Assembly: GCA_964019425.1 (NCBI GenBank)
Contig: OZ025784.1
Span: 434,001 to 498,000 of the forward strand
Direction: 5' to 3'
Source: Flectonema sp. DT1601
Taxonomy: Eukaryota
Length of the DNA stretch: 64,000 nucleotides
Under the pieces are notes generated by a model, which did no database searches, was not told the DNA's origin, and was given only the letters and a program-made list of their open reading frames with translations. The position numbers and the translations under genes are program-made. This document shows, piece after piece, positions 24,931 through 36,355 of this stretch (positions within the stretch are counted from its first letter, which is position 1; each line of letters begins with the position of its first letter).

Positions 24931-27720
24931 TTACAAAAGCTTCCAGTAGTCTGGGTTAGACGCATCTGAGTCCCTTAGCTGTTCAATGATACGAAGTCTT
25001 AAATTGCTGCTCTCAACAGTTTGTTGAATTGTTAACTTCAGCAGATCTAATCTTTTACTTTCCCAAAATAATTTCATTTTCTCAATCTCCTCAACGCTGT
25101 CACATCCTCCGAATGAAACTTTCGCAAACCTTCCAAAAAGCATCATTGAAGTCTTTCCTAATGCTTCGTAAAGTTTTGAGTAATTATCCCTTATGAATTC
25201 AGTTGTTAGTTTAGCACCCTTAGGATTCATCGCAGTGTGAGAAACAATGTAGATGTAATCTTGGGTACGAACCTCTCCGCTGTTTAAACCCCACGATAAT
25301 GTTTCCTTTAAAGTTGGTACTAAAGTAGTTTGTGCGACCGCTCCGTGAACTGAATTCTTAAAAACATTATCATCACTCTTTCGGTACATCTCTCTCAGAT
25401 GCTTTGCAGATGACTGAGTTGTATCGTGACGAACGATGTGCTTCATTGCAATGGAGCGAATGTCTGCCGTTTTCGGAAGTTTTTTCAAAGAGAATCCGGC
25501 CTTCTTGACAAGAGACGAATCGGTAGATACCTCGACATACAAACCGAGAATGAGTCCTCGAAGTCTTTTTGTGTTGTCACTGTCGTCTGGGCGATGGACC
25601 CATCCAAGGTCAGTCGCTTTCTTCTGAAGCAATGATGCTACTGTTTTCTTTGCATTGGAGTGAGTGGTGGTGTTGACCTTACGGAGCCCATCCAAAAGAC
25701 TTTTCCAACAACCTGAAATAATTTCCCAAACTTTGTCGTTATCTTCAGTTTTCGTGTACATTACCAACAAACTAATTAGTTCTGTAACTTGTATTTTGTT
25801 TGCATTAGCCAATGCGTTGTAGTCACTTAACAACCCAATGCGGTCAATAGCTGGTAGTTTTCCTTGTTGTAAAGCGGTACACAGCTTTGACAACATCTTT
25901 GGGGAATATTTCACTCGGAGAGGTGCTGATTGACCAAAATTTAATTTTGTAAAAGCAGACTTCCCAGAAAGATCAATCTCCATTTTCCGTGTTGTTAAGT
26001 ATTTAGGGGGTCCGTTAGTAGTGTTTGTCACAAGTGGAACGTACCAAAGTTTCTTATCGTCGTTTGGCTTTTTTGATCCATCTGACAAAAACCATTCCTG
26101 AGAAACATTAAAAAATCCCTTTTTACTACCCTCTGATACCGTCAACAGTGGAAATCCCATTTGATGAGTCCAAGTACTCATAATCTTAGTCAGAGGGATG
26201 GTAATTCCTTCTTCTTTTGCTGCTTGTTCCCATGCTTGCCAAAGGTGATCAGATTCAGTGTTTGCGTAGCTGTGTTTTGATAAGTATTGACGAAGACCGT
26301 TTCTGAATGCAGTTTGTCCAATTAAAGAGTGAACAAGTCTGACTACACATCCTCCCTTTGAGTAACTAATATGATCGAAGACTTCTTCAACTGTTTCAGC
26401 GCGGTAGATATCAACTTCAATTGGGTGAGAAGACCTCAACGAGTCAAGTCGTAATGCGAGACTCTGTTCTTGACTGATGTACTGTTCCCAAATGTTCCAT
26501 TTTGGGAATAGAGCGTCAGCTGAGTACGTTTGCATCCAATTCGCGAAACCTTCATTCAACCATAACCCATCCCACCATTGCATTGTTACAAGATTGCCAA
26601 ACCATTGATGTGCGATTTCGTGAGTTACGACAGTCGCAACTAGCTGAAGCTGATCAACTGATGCTTTGTCTTTATCAATCAGCATTAGTACTTCTCTGTA
26701 GGTAATCAATCCCCAATTCTCCATAGCTCCAGCGCTAAAGTCAGGAATAGCAATCATATCAAGTTTTGGAAGAGGATATTTAATACCGAAATATTTATTA
26801 TAAAATTCTAAACAATCGACTGCGACCTTCATCGCGAACTCCATTTGATTGATTCTATCCTTTCCTGGAACACACAAACATCTAATTAGAGTCCCGTCTG
26901 ATGTCTGTCGCTGAATAAATTCAAATTTTCCCAAACAAAATGCCAACAGGTAAGTTGACATAACAGGTGAGGGTAAAAACTTAGTAAGTGTTTTATCATC
27001 AGAGAGTCTTTCACTTCTGCTGACAGGCATGTTTGAGATAGCCGTGAGACTCGAATCGTGGATCATGCTAACGGTAAAAACAGCTTTATGTGCAGGTTCA
27101 TCCCAGCATGGATAACACCTTCTTGCATCAATAGCTTCTAACTGAGTAGTGGCCATGATTTGATCTTTTCCACTGTTATCTTTGTATGATGATCTGTAAA
27201 AACCTGCCATTTGATCGTTTAAAATTCCATCAAATTTAATCGTAAGTTGCGCCTTTCCTTTTGATAGTTTATTTGGTAAGGTTAGCTTTATGATGTTGTC
27301 TTTTTTATTTTCTTTGATTGACGTAATCTTTAATGTAGATCCACCTTGGGTTACGAACGTTTGTCGTTTTGAAAATTTAATTTCCTTGGCGTGGAATTCA
27401 ATGCTGTTGGTAGACTTTAAAACATCCAACTCGATAACGACGTTCCCACCGAAGGTGAACTTCACCAAGTCAGGTTGTAAAGTAATATCATAATGGGTTG
27501 GGGTTATCGTATTCGGTAGCAACATTCTCTTCCGGGTTGGGAGAGTTAGCTGTCCTGCCGCAGGAGTAGATTTCAATCTCAGCTGTCTCACTAACACTTC
27601 CCGTCTTCCAACATTTCTCGCAACTGAATTCGCTTTTTCGAAATGTCCTCTTGCTGATTGAGTGTTGATCCGAACAGCCGAACGCAAAACAGGGCGGTAT
27701 GCCCCTCTGAGAGCCAACAT
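24931..27720 (-). CDS. M1 family (puromycin-sensitive-like) zinc aminopeptidase with presequence-like N-terminus
   Basis: GAMENWG and HEIAHQW...LWLNEG motifs; C-terminal helical domain; Arg-rich N-terminus. Confidence 0.95.
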   Translation of the reverse strand: MLALRGAYRPVLRSAVRINTQSARGHFEKANSVARNVGRREVLVRQLRLKSTPAAGQLTLPTRKRMLLPNTITPTHYDITLQPDLVKFTFGGNVVIELDVLKSTNSIEFHAKEIKFSKRQTFVTQGGSTLKITSIKENKKDNIIKLTLPNKLSKGKAQLTIKFDGILNDQMAGFYRSSYKDNSGKDQIMATTQLEAIDARRCYPCWDEPAHKAVFTVSMIHDSSLTAISNMPVSRSERLSDDKTLTKFLPSPVMSTYLLAFCLGKFEFIQRQTSDGTLIRCLCVPGKDRINQMEFAMKVAVDCLEFYNKYFGIKYPLPKLDMIAIPDFSAGAMENWGLITYREVLMLIDKDKASVDQLQLVATVVTHEIAHQWFGNLVTMQWWDGLWLNEGFANWMQTYSADALFPKWNIWEQYISQEQSLALRLDSLRSSHPIEVDIYRAETVEEVFDHISYSKGGCVVRLVHSLIGQTAFRNGLRQYLSKHSYANTESDHLWQAWEQAAKEEGITIPLTKIMSTWTHQMGFPLLTVSEGSKKGFFNVSQEWFLSDGSKKPNDDKKLWYVPLVTNTTNGPPKYLTTRKMEIDLSGKSAFTKLNFGQSAPLRVKYSPKMLSKLCTALQQGKLPAIDRIGLLSDYNALANANKIQVTELISLLVMYTKTEDNDKVWEIISGCWKSLLDGLRKVNTTTHSNAKKTVASLLQKKATDLGWVHRPDDSDNTKRLRGLILGLYVEVSTDSSLVKKAGFSLKKLPKTADIRSIAMKHIVRHDTTQSSAKHLREMYRKSDDNVFKNSVHGAVAQTTLVPTLKETLSWGLNSGEVRTQDYIYIVSHTAMNPKGAKLTTEFIRDNYSKLYEALGKTSMMLFGRFAKVSFGGCDSVEEIEKMKLFWESKRLDLLKLTIQQTVESSNLRLRIIEQLRDSDASNPDYWKLL

Positions 27721-29418
27721 ATTAATAAAGTATCTGATGAGGTTATTATATTTATTCTATTCCCTTCTCTTGTGAAAAACAATCAATTTAATCACCCAAC
27801 ACGTTGTGACGAAATATTATGGAGGGCCTTTACGCTTTGATTCTATAGCCCTGTGAATGAAATAGTAATTACAAAACAACATCACAGCAGGGTGTCAACT
27901 GGTAAGATGTAAACTGAAAAATGAGGCCGAAAGAAGAAGGAAATCAACACAAAATGGAAGATTTCTCTCTACTTTCCTGGCTGCCAATGTACAGCAACAA
28001 ACGAGAGGTATTATCAAAGAATGAACAAAAAGTTTGTTGAATGATAAGACAACCAACCAGAGACTACAAAAAAAGGTTAGAAGCCGGGAGGCACCAGGAG
28101 TAGAATTTCTGAGGAAATTCTTTAAAAAAAAGTTAGCTGTTGGGCCATCTCCTCATAATATGTTTGTGAGATCACTTTTCCACACAAAAAAAAAAAAAAA
28201 AAGGAAATTATCGAAAAAATTATAATCTTTTTTTTCTTAAAAAAAATTTTTTTTTCCTCTCTCTCGCCATTGACCAAGCAAGGACTATAATCCCTTGCAA
28301 ATCTCTAAACAGAAAGTAGCTTGAAGAAGGGATCAATTTACGAAGAGAAGAAAATCAGAGATAGTTTTAGGGGGGTAGGTAGTTAGCACAATTACAATGC
28401 ACCACCAGGGGGAATGTTAAGGGTCAAAGCGACATCGCAATAGAGTACAGTACCAGAAGGTAGTCACTCACAGTAACAGACAGGGGTCAGTCTGAAATAT
28501 GAAAAACAAGAAACGTGTTTATTGTTTAGTAACAAAATTAGTAAATAAACAAAAAAAAAAAAAAAATGTCAATTCTGAATTTCTGAACAAAGCGTTTGGG
28601 GAATAAATTGAAGGAGAGGATCTCACCAGACAGACAATCACAGAAATTGCTTCAAGTAATTCTTGTATTTTTTCAGCAACAGCTGTAAAACAGAAACTCT
28701 TGACTTACAATGCAACACCACCACTAGTTTAACATGAATTGACTCATGTAGTTTGAGAAATGATCAAGGATCCAGTTTATGTATACTCGGCGAGGAAACT
28801 ATAAATTTCAACCCATCTAAGAAACACAAACAGCTAACTTGACTAAAGCAAATTGCACGAATACAAATAAAACGAGCAAAACAAAAAAAAAAAAAATCAG
28901 AAAAAACCTTAAAAAAAAAGATAAAAACGATGGTACAAGAGAGAAAACAAAACAAAAACAAAAAAAAAATTCAAATTCTAAAGTTTTTGAGGATACACTT
29001 TTTTTTTTTCTTTTCTTTTGAATTTAGTATTTGAAATTTCTTTATATAAAAATAATCTAAAATAACACGATTTTTGTTTCTTTTTTTTTTCTCTTTTTTT
29101 TTCTTTTAATATAAACAAAAACACAGAATACAAAAAAAAAGGGAAATATAAACAAACCGACGAACAACAATACCAGCGTCAAGTGATTCACAGAAGCGGA
29201 AACTCTGAACAATTAATTGACATTATTGTCCTTTAAAAGTGATGTACACGTAAATCTACTTCAACACTATGTCACTGTATAAGAACCTGGATTCCTTTAT
29301 TTTGATTTCCAGCCCAGACACTAATACATTACTGTACGGTGAATAACAGAGCTAACTTGAAGGATACACAACAACATAATATTGCCGAGAAGGAGGAGCA
29401 ATCTTCGTGGAACCCTAT

Positions 29419-30162
29419 TCACGGGACTACAGTTAGAGAACCATCCAGATGGACGTGGCCCAAGTCCAAAGCAGCTTGCTTCGAAGGAGCAATAAGAGGA
29501 TTTTGTGTTGCAGAACCTGACGACAGCGACGATCTCGACGATGCGGTTTCAGACGAGTTTGCTGTTGATGACCTTCCAGAAGGTGGATCAAGAGGAGGAA
29601 CACCAGATTTCAAACACATCCAATTAAGAAAGAATCTCGGTAGTAGACGAGCAGCTGACGCAGCTCTATTAATTCGATTTGGGAAGTTAATCTTAACGTC
29701 GCATGTAACTCCGAGAGCAGCAGCTAACCAGGCAGTGAAATTATTACAATTTCTATCGAAGATGTTGTAGGTGTCGGTTGTCCATTGTCGATCAGATCCT
29801 TCTAAGATCCATTCAAGTTGCTCTTCTGATATACGTATTTTACCTAATTTAACAGAATACAGAAAGTCATCAGTTGCAGTACCCGGAACAACTGAAAAAA
29901 CACCACTCTCTCCTGCTAAGTTGTCTCCTTTTCCAAAACTCCACTCTCTGCCGAATAACTCTAATCCGCTGTGGTAGATTCCAATTCCAATATTTTCTAA
30001 CTTGTCATTTAACCGCCTTTCTACTAAGTCATAAATGTTTAATTTAATTTCTACTTCTGCCTTGTCTCCTGATTTTGGTTTTGGGGATCTTTTCACTCCA
30101 ATTCGCCGGAGTTGTTTTATCATTTTTGTTGTAGTGAATGTGTCTCTCGATATCGCTCCCAT
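29419..30162 (-). CDS. PPPDE/DeSI-family desumoylating or deubiquitinating peptidase
   Basis: LNIYDL, GIYHSG (catalytic His) and YNIFDRNCNNF (catalytic Cys). Confidence 0.9.
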   Translation of the reverse strand: MGAISRDTFTTTKMIKQLRRIGVKRSPKPKSGDKAEVEIKLNIYDLVERRLNDKLENIGIGIYHSGLELFGREWSFGKGDNLAGESGVFSVVPGTATDDFLYSVKLGKIRISEEQLEWILEGSDRQWTTDTYNIFDRNCNNFTAWLAAALGVTCDVKINFPNRINRAASAARLLPRFFLNWMCLKSGVPPLDPPSGRSSTANSSETASSRSSLSSGSATQNPLIAPSKQAALDLGHVHLDGSLTVVP

Positions 30163-30245
30163 CTTTTGAGAAATCCCTCCCTCCTGTTTAGAATAATAAG
30201 AGTTATTTTTAAATTAATTAACAAAACATTTTTAAAAAAAAAATG

Positions 30246-32903
30246 TCAAGAGAAATGTTTTCTCTTAACCTCAACCTGATATACACCTGATGTAATATCA
30301 GACAGGAGTGCTCGTTCTTCTTCAGGAAATGAATAGAGAGTTTCAGAACACAAGTCAATCAACGTTTTAATATCCATTTTATCACACTCAGTCTTACACT
30401 GGTAGAATGTAAGTAGTAAAGATGCTGCTTGTGAAGGAGAGACATCGACTAAAGCATTCTCATTGCGTAAAAAAGTTTGATACAATAGTGGTGATAGAAA
30501 TGCCGCACCTGGTGTTTGACGTATAAAGTCACACAGAGACTTTGTGTTTGAAAGAGAACCGGCATCGAAATTTTTCAAATTATTCCTCACAGACATCATG
30601 AGATAGCTTAGCCCGACTGCTTGCGATTGGATGATTGGATGAGAAATCGTATCAGAGTTCAACAGTTCAAGATAACCCTCAATAAGTATACAAAGAGACT
30701 GCACGTCAGACACAAAATTCGAATTAAAAATATGACCAGAAAACCCTGCCCAGATGTTGCTGTGGCTTGCTATTCGAAAATACAACGCCCAAACTCTAAA
30801 TGCAATTTGTTGGGTTGCGATATCTTTAAAACGAACAATAAATAATGGAGTTATCAGTCCGTATATAATAGCATTCGACAACATGTTGGCAGCACGTTGA
30901 CTTTTAGGAACTGAGGACACCACATCTTTATTAACTGAATACAACACCCCACTTAGATGCTCTTCCAGATCCTTGATACACAACTGATACGCTCTTTCCT
31001 TACCTGTTGGTATATGAAGTGTTATTATGTTATTGATATCAGCGAATATTCTCCAATCTATGACTCCCATTGAGCGCAAATACCCCCCTGATTTAATCCA
31101 TTTTTTACAAGATTGCATGTCGGATTTGTTTCTACCAACCAATGAAAGTTTTTCTTTTATACTTGACAAAGCATTTCGAAGTTGATCACAGCAGGTTTGG
31201 GTAACAAACGAACGATTGGTAGAAAGTACTCTGATGATACTTATAAATTCATTATCCGTTATGGTGGGTACTATGGCTGCTTGCAATGCAGTACTCAACC
31301 ACCAAAACTGTTCCTTTGCCAATATCAGCCGAAGGATAATTGCGATATCGACTTTCGGAGGAGATGTTTTTTCATTCTCTTGATCCCAATCGTTGTATGT
31401 GTTAACAACAGTTTTGACTCCCAATTGATTTAAGACGTTAGCCACTTCAGAGTCCGATGATGGGACTACCCCAAGTTGTTTAGATAAATATGTATTGTTT
31501 GTAGTTTCTGTTGATGTTGTCTGTTGCAGGACAGATTGCATTCTATCGAGTGTGTGTTGCCTTTCGATAATTCCTTTAAAAAACTGATGAAGTTCTGATT
31601 GTAGTTCTTGTTTCTCAAATAACAATAACAATTCCGCAGTGATAACAAATATTTCTTTATCTCCCTTTGAAAAAATTCCCTCAGATTTAGGACGAGCAGC
31701 TTCAATCATCAGTTTACTTTGAATTTCTGATGACAATATTCGCATTTCAGGTCCTGAAAGAGAAAGATTATTTCGAACTCTCAAACAACTTAAAACACTT
31801 TTAGCTTCATTAATTGTAAGCGAGTTGGGTGAATTCGATATTTCAGTAATTATATTACGCAGTCTTGACTTTATCGATAATTTTATTTTATCAGTTTGAG
31901 GCAGATCGAATAGTATGTAGTTATGGGTCGATGCCATCTTCTCCAATATTCTGAAAAAGAATCCAATGCTAAACTTGTCTAAGGATCTCACTACAGGATA
32001 ACACAATTCTCTCTTAATCATGTCAGAGCTAAATGACACGATTGATAAAATATATATTTCAGTTAGTACAGAACTACTGCCTTTGTTCGTCTCGTGAACT
32101 AATATATCAACGCAGTTCTGAACAGTATTTGTGTTTACTTCCCCGAGTAAGGCACCATGCAGGTACAACTTTAGTAACTTAAGTATAGCTGGAGCTTCAA
32201 GTTTGACTCTATAGTGTTGTACGATCTCGTCGATGTCGTTACGAATCCAGGTTGGATGAATTTCTAAATCAACCAATTCTTGAACCACTACTAAAAAACG
32301 TCTAATTTTACCCTCTGACAGTGCCTCTGGAGGTTTTAATCTGCATGGCTCTAACCGATGTAAAGATGGATAGAGGAAGCTTCTTGCTGCACTTTTACCT
32401 TTTGATTTTCTAATATATCCCGTTATAAAACAAATTCTAGCCGGCTTAACCAAATCATCTAATGGAGTGTGGCTCACTATTATATCCGCAACGCGTTGGT
32501 CGTATGTGCCCCAGCCGCTGAGTCCAATTATGATTTCCATACGCAAACATTTCGACATAATTGTCTTCGATGGGTGATCATTGTCAGTTCGTAGTACTTG
32601 TTCTATAACATCACTTTCCAGTTTGGTATTTTTTATTCTCAATTTACTGCAACAGATTACCAAATTTGAAAGTTGTTTTGGTCGTAGAGTTTTTACACAT
32701 TCACTTTCAACCAAAACAGGTGTTATAAAATTTAAAAAGTTTTCTTTAATTAAACTTACTTGAGCAAATTTAACCAAAACGGAAACCATACTGGGATGAC
32801 TCATTGACAATGCCCGCATTTTTCCACCTGCAATTATTTCATCTCCCAACAGTTCAACGTCTCTTCTTGTCACGCGACTGAAAGGAAGAACAAGTCGATG
32901 CAT
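30246..32903 (-). CDS. Hypothetical 885-aa helical protein, possible mitochondrial presequence
   Basis: Long uninterrupted ORF; N-terminus MHRLVLPFSRVTRR; no confident domain. Confidence 0.75.
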   Translation of the reverse strand: MHRLVLPFSRVTRRDVELLGDEIIAGGKMRALSMSHPSMVSVLVKFAQVSLIKENFLNFITPVLVESECVKTLRPKQLSNLVICCSKLRIKNTKLESDVIEQVLRTDNDHPSKTIMSKCLRMEIIIGLSGWGTYDQRVADIIVSHTPLDDLVKPARICFITGYIRKSKGKSAARSFLYPSLHRLEPCRLKPPEALSEGKIRRFLVVVQELVDLEIHPTWIRNDIDEIVQHYRVKLEAPAILKLLKLYLHGALLGEVNTNTVQNCVDILVHETNKGSSSVLTEIYILSIVSFSSDMIKRELCYPVVRSLDKFSIGFFFRILEKMASTHNYILFDLPQTDKIKLSIKSRLRNIITEISNSPNSLTINEAKSVLSCLRVRNNLSLSGPEMRILSSEIQSKLMIEAARPKSEGIFSKGDKEIFVITAELLLLFEKQELQSELHQFFKGIIERQHTLDRMQSVLQQTTSTETTNNTYLSKQLGVVPSSDSEVANVLNQLGVKTVVNTYNDWDQENEKTSPPKVDIAIILRLILAKEQFWWLSTALQAAIVPTITDNEFISIIRVLSTNRSFVTQTCCDQLRNALSSIKEKLSLVGRNKSDMQSCKKWIKSGGYLRSMGVIDWRIFADINNIITLHIPTGKERAYQLCIKDLEEHLSGVLYSVNKDVVSSVPKSQRAANMLSNAIIYGLITPLFIVRFKDIATQQIAFRVWALYFRIASHSNIWAGFSGHIFNSNFVSDVQSLCILIEGYLELLNSDTISHPIIQSQAVGLSYLMMSVRNNLKNFDAGSLSNTKSLCDFIRQTPGAAFLSPLLYQTFLRNENALVDVSPSQAASLLLTFYQCKTECDKMDIKTLIDLCSETLYSFPEEERALLSDITSGVYQVEVKRKHFS

Positions 32904-33419
32904 TTCCTTTTAAAATGTTATCTCAAAATAAACAACAACAACGAATCCTCACACTGATTAAATATTTCTATCGCGTCAAAAATGTTAACCAAATTATGAT
33001 TCCTCCATGAATATCGTAAGAAGGCTAACTAATAAAACCATAAGCCTTGGGAAACTAAAACTAAGGTATAATTGCAAAACTATTCAACTCATTTTGTAGA
33101 TATACTCCTGTTGTGAATTGATCGTATCACAAAAAACAGAATTCAACTTCCAAAAAGAGGAAATGCTTGGAGTTTGCGAACGCTGAAGTTCTCCATCCGG
33201 CAACTCAGGCAGTTAAGGAAGACAAAACCAAAAATATAAAAAAACGTAATGAAACAGATATACAATAACAAGTTATTTTTTTTTTTTTTTTTTCTTTTTT
33301 AAAATTATTTTTAAATAATTGAGTAGAGCAAAACTCACACAACAGATAAAATGACAACAACAGGTCCTCAAATAAACCTACTCATCGACATCATTGACAT
33401 TAGATTAGAGTATTGCTTA

Positions 33420-34094
33420 CTATGAATGAGAGACACATGATCGATATGCTTGTCTATTTCGTTGATGTGAACCCTGTCGAATTGGACCCATCAGTTTAGT
33501 ACCATCGCGGTTGTCAGTCGCATCACGATACTGTGATGTGTTGTCTTGGGTATCATTCCAGGTGGTCGTCCGCGGCTGGTTACCCCGCAAAGCATTTTCA
33601 AGTATTTTATTTTTTTCTTGCTCTCCAGCAAGTTGGGTTCGCAATTCATTTAGATTACTGCGCATCAATGATGAGACAGAACTTATTTCTGAACAAGTTC
33701 TCTCATGTTGAGACTGTAAGGAGTGGAGCTCTTCTTCCAGAAGTTCCTTGTCGTCGGCGAGTTGATTTAGATTTGTTCTCATCGCAGATATAGTCGCATC
33801 CTTACCACTAATTATTCTTCTGAGATGATTTACTTCTTCTTGCAGTGATGCAGGAGAATAATTGCTTTCACGAACATGATCTCTTGACCTGGATCGAGAT
33901 TTCGTGGATGTTGTATGTCGTTGTCTTCCAGAGTCTCTCCCTCGTTCTCTCGTCATTGTACTCAGTGGAGAATGAATTTTATGCTTATCGGGTCTGCTAT
34001 AAACATCAAACGAGGCTTGGGGTATTATTCTGGGATTCTTCTCTAAACCAGCACCTCCTCCACCTCCAGTTCGACAGTACAGTCTGTCTCTCAT
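33420..34094 (-). CDS. Hypothetical coiled-coil protein with RS-rich segment
   Basis: Likely ATG at 34094 after the acceptor attttcAG at 34103; heptad-rich LQEEVNHLRR...LENAL segment. An upstream exon is possible. Confidence 0.65.
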   Translation of the reverse strand: MRDRLYCRTGGGGGAGLEKNPRIIPQASFDVYSRPDKHKIHSPLSTMTRERGRDSGRQRHTTSTKSRSRSRDHVRESNYSPASLQEEVNHLRRIISGKDATISAMRTNLNQLADDKELLEEELHSLQSQHERTCSEISSVSSLMRSNLNELRTQLAGEQEKNKILENALRGNQPRTTTWNDTQDNTSQYRDATDNRDGTKLMGPIRQGSHQRNRQAYRSCVSHS

Positions 34095-34714
34095 GTTGCT
34101 CACTGAAAATATAATTTTACATAAAAAAACATGATCTCTAACTTGCATCACAAGAACTTGGCTGCTATATAGATGAAATAAGTAAGTTGTTTAACCGAAC
34201 AAACTGAGTACATCCACAGAGACTTTCCATTAAAATAGCTATCCTTATCAGGTCTTTAACTTCACAGGAAGTATTCTATATAATAGCTTTAGTTTTTTTG
34301 TCTTAAATGTAACTGGTTTCAGGACATAGAATAATAACAACGATGTTGATTCAGGTTGAGGCTTACCTGTCCAGTAAATGATGCCGCATCGCTCACGATG
34401 TGAGCCGCATCGGGTTCGTAGGCGACGCAAATCCTATGCGACTTTAATAAAATAAAAAAAAAGAAAATTGTCAGCATATGCGATGTTAGCTTCGTAAAAA
34501 GAAGGCACACTATTATAAATATTCTTCGTGACGATAATAAATAAAAATGAGGAGAATAATAATATACGTTTGCATAATATATCAACTGGCAAAAAGGAAA
34601 AGAAAATATGAAATAAGTTCAACACAATAATGTTGAAGACAATTTTAGAGAAATTCATCTTTTAATTTGATAGATCCAAAAATACCAGAAAGCTGGACAA
34701 CCTAAACACCAGTC

Positions 34715-35101
34715 TTAGTAGTTGTCTCTGGCGTACGGTCTTGGGTCACCTCCTCCTGGGGCAGTGACGTTGATCGCCTTCTCTCTTCCCATGTGGTCAG
34801 TCTCAACATCGAACTCAACATCCTGCTGCTCAGCAAGAGATCTGAATCCCTGTTTTTTTGATTTAGTTTGTTGTTGTTATAGCCTTCATTTGATCAACGG
34901 AGAGTTACGTTAGAGTGAAGTATACTTGACTCGCACATCCTCACTCACAGCAAGACATACCTGCATCTTAATAGCAGACTGGTGAACGAAAACCTCACCA
35001 TCGTTGTCCGAACGCTGAATGAATCCAAATCCCTTGTTGTCGAGCCATCTGACAACCTTTCCGGTGTTGGTACCGAGGGTGAATCTAGTAAGACGGAACA
35101 T
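34715..35101 (-). CDS. Cold-shock-domain protein copy 1 (91 aa, RBP16-like, mitochondrial-type presequence); intron 34850-34960, type A
   Basis: Spliced product MFRLTRFTLGTNTGKVVRWLDNKGFGFIQRSDNDGEVFVHQSAIKMQ/GFRSLAEQQDVEFDVETDHMGREKAINVTAPGGGDPRPYARDNY; RNP1 KGFGFI and RNP2 VFVH; intron GTATGT...CAG. Confidence 0.92.
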
Positions 35102-35396
35102 TGTTGTAAGTAAACGAGAGGGGTCTGAGGTCTGAGGAAACTACTTAATAACTAGAAACACGTTAAGTTAGAAATAGGTGTCATCTCAGCAAAGATGTAT
35201 CCTACGAAATAATGATTAGCTCTCATGTAATTACATTACTTTAGAGCTTTTTATAGTACCACACATTGAAAGGGAATAAATAGATTTCAATATAACAGTT
35301 CGACCACTTAAATAACTGAAATTTTGATAAACTAAAGAATATTGCGAATATTCCCTTCATCACAAAAAGGTTATGCAGCTACTCAGATGCAGAACC

Positions 35397-35764
35397 TTAG
35401 TAGTTGTCTCTGGCGTACGGTCTTGGGTCACCTCCTCCTGGGGCAGTGACGTTGATCGCCTTCTCTCTTCCCATGTGGTCAGACTCAACATCGAACTCAA
35501 CATCCTGCTGCTCAGCAAGAGATCTGAATCCCTGTTTTTTTTGATTTTGTATTGAAAGCATTCCGACTTCACTCATCCTCAAAAAGAAGTATTATTATTC
35601 ACAAAAAGAAAAGACTAACACACCTGCATCTTAATAGCAGTCTGGTGAACGAAAACCTCACCATCGTTGTCCGAACGCTGAATGAATCCAAATCCCTTGT
35701 TGTCGAGCCATCTGACAACCTTTCCGGTGTTGGTACCGAGGGTGAATCTAGTAAGACGGAACAT
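35397..35764 (-). CDS. Cold-shock-domain protein copy 2; intron 35532-35623, type B
   Basis: Exons near-identical to copy 1; 92-bp intron GTGTGT...CAG at the same position. Confidence 0.92.
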
Positions 35765-36355
35765 TGTTATAAAGGACTAAGAATATCTGGAGAGGATATT
35801 AAATTGATACTTTATTGAGGATTAATAATCAAGGTGAAATACCATACATAGTTAACAAGTATAGTGATAGAAAAGGAGTTATAAAGATCTCTGAACCGCT
35901 AACCGTTTGCCGGAAGGACATTCCAAACCTGTGATTAAACTAATCCCCAAGAACCACCCTAGTCGTTGTAATTGGGTGGAACACCCTTACGGCTTGGTGG
36001 TTAGTAAGCTAATGCTTCCCCCTTTATGAACATTTTTGCTTTTTTGCAGTCGCTGAGATCCATTTGACCCGTAAAAAGTCGAAGGTGAATTCAAAAGCAC
36101 TTAAAGCAGACTTACTCACTCAACTATTCCTCATGTCTTTATCCCTGCTTAGATAAGGTGAATAATGAAACAATGTGAAGTATATTTTATATAAGTTTTG
36201 CTCACAATATCGATGACTTTGTCGTAGAACTGCTGTGAGGCACCACGTTTCGGAACCGACGGCCGAAAGTGCCAATTTAGTACAATGAAAATGATATTTA
36301 AATTCTTATCTTGATAGGTGCCCAACAATACACAATAAGATTATCACGAAGTCAT

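Noticed and set aside
34850..35623. snoRNAs in the short type A and B introns (shared UGAGGAUG)
   Set aside because: No box D, and the type A hairpin is not preserved in copy 5.
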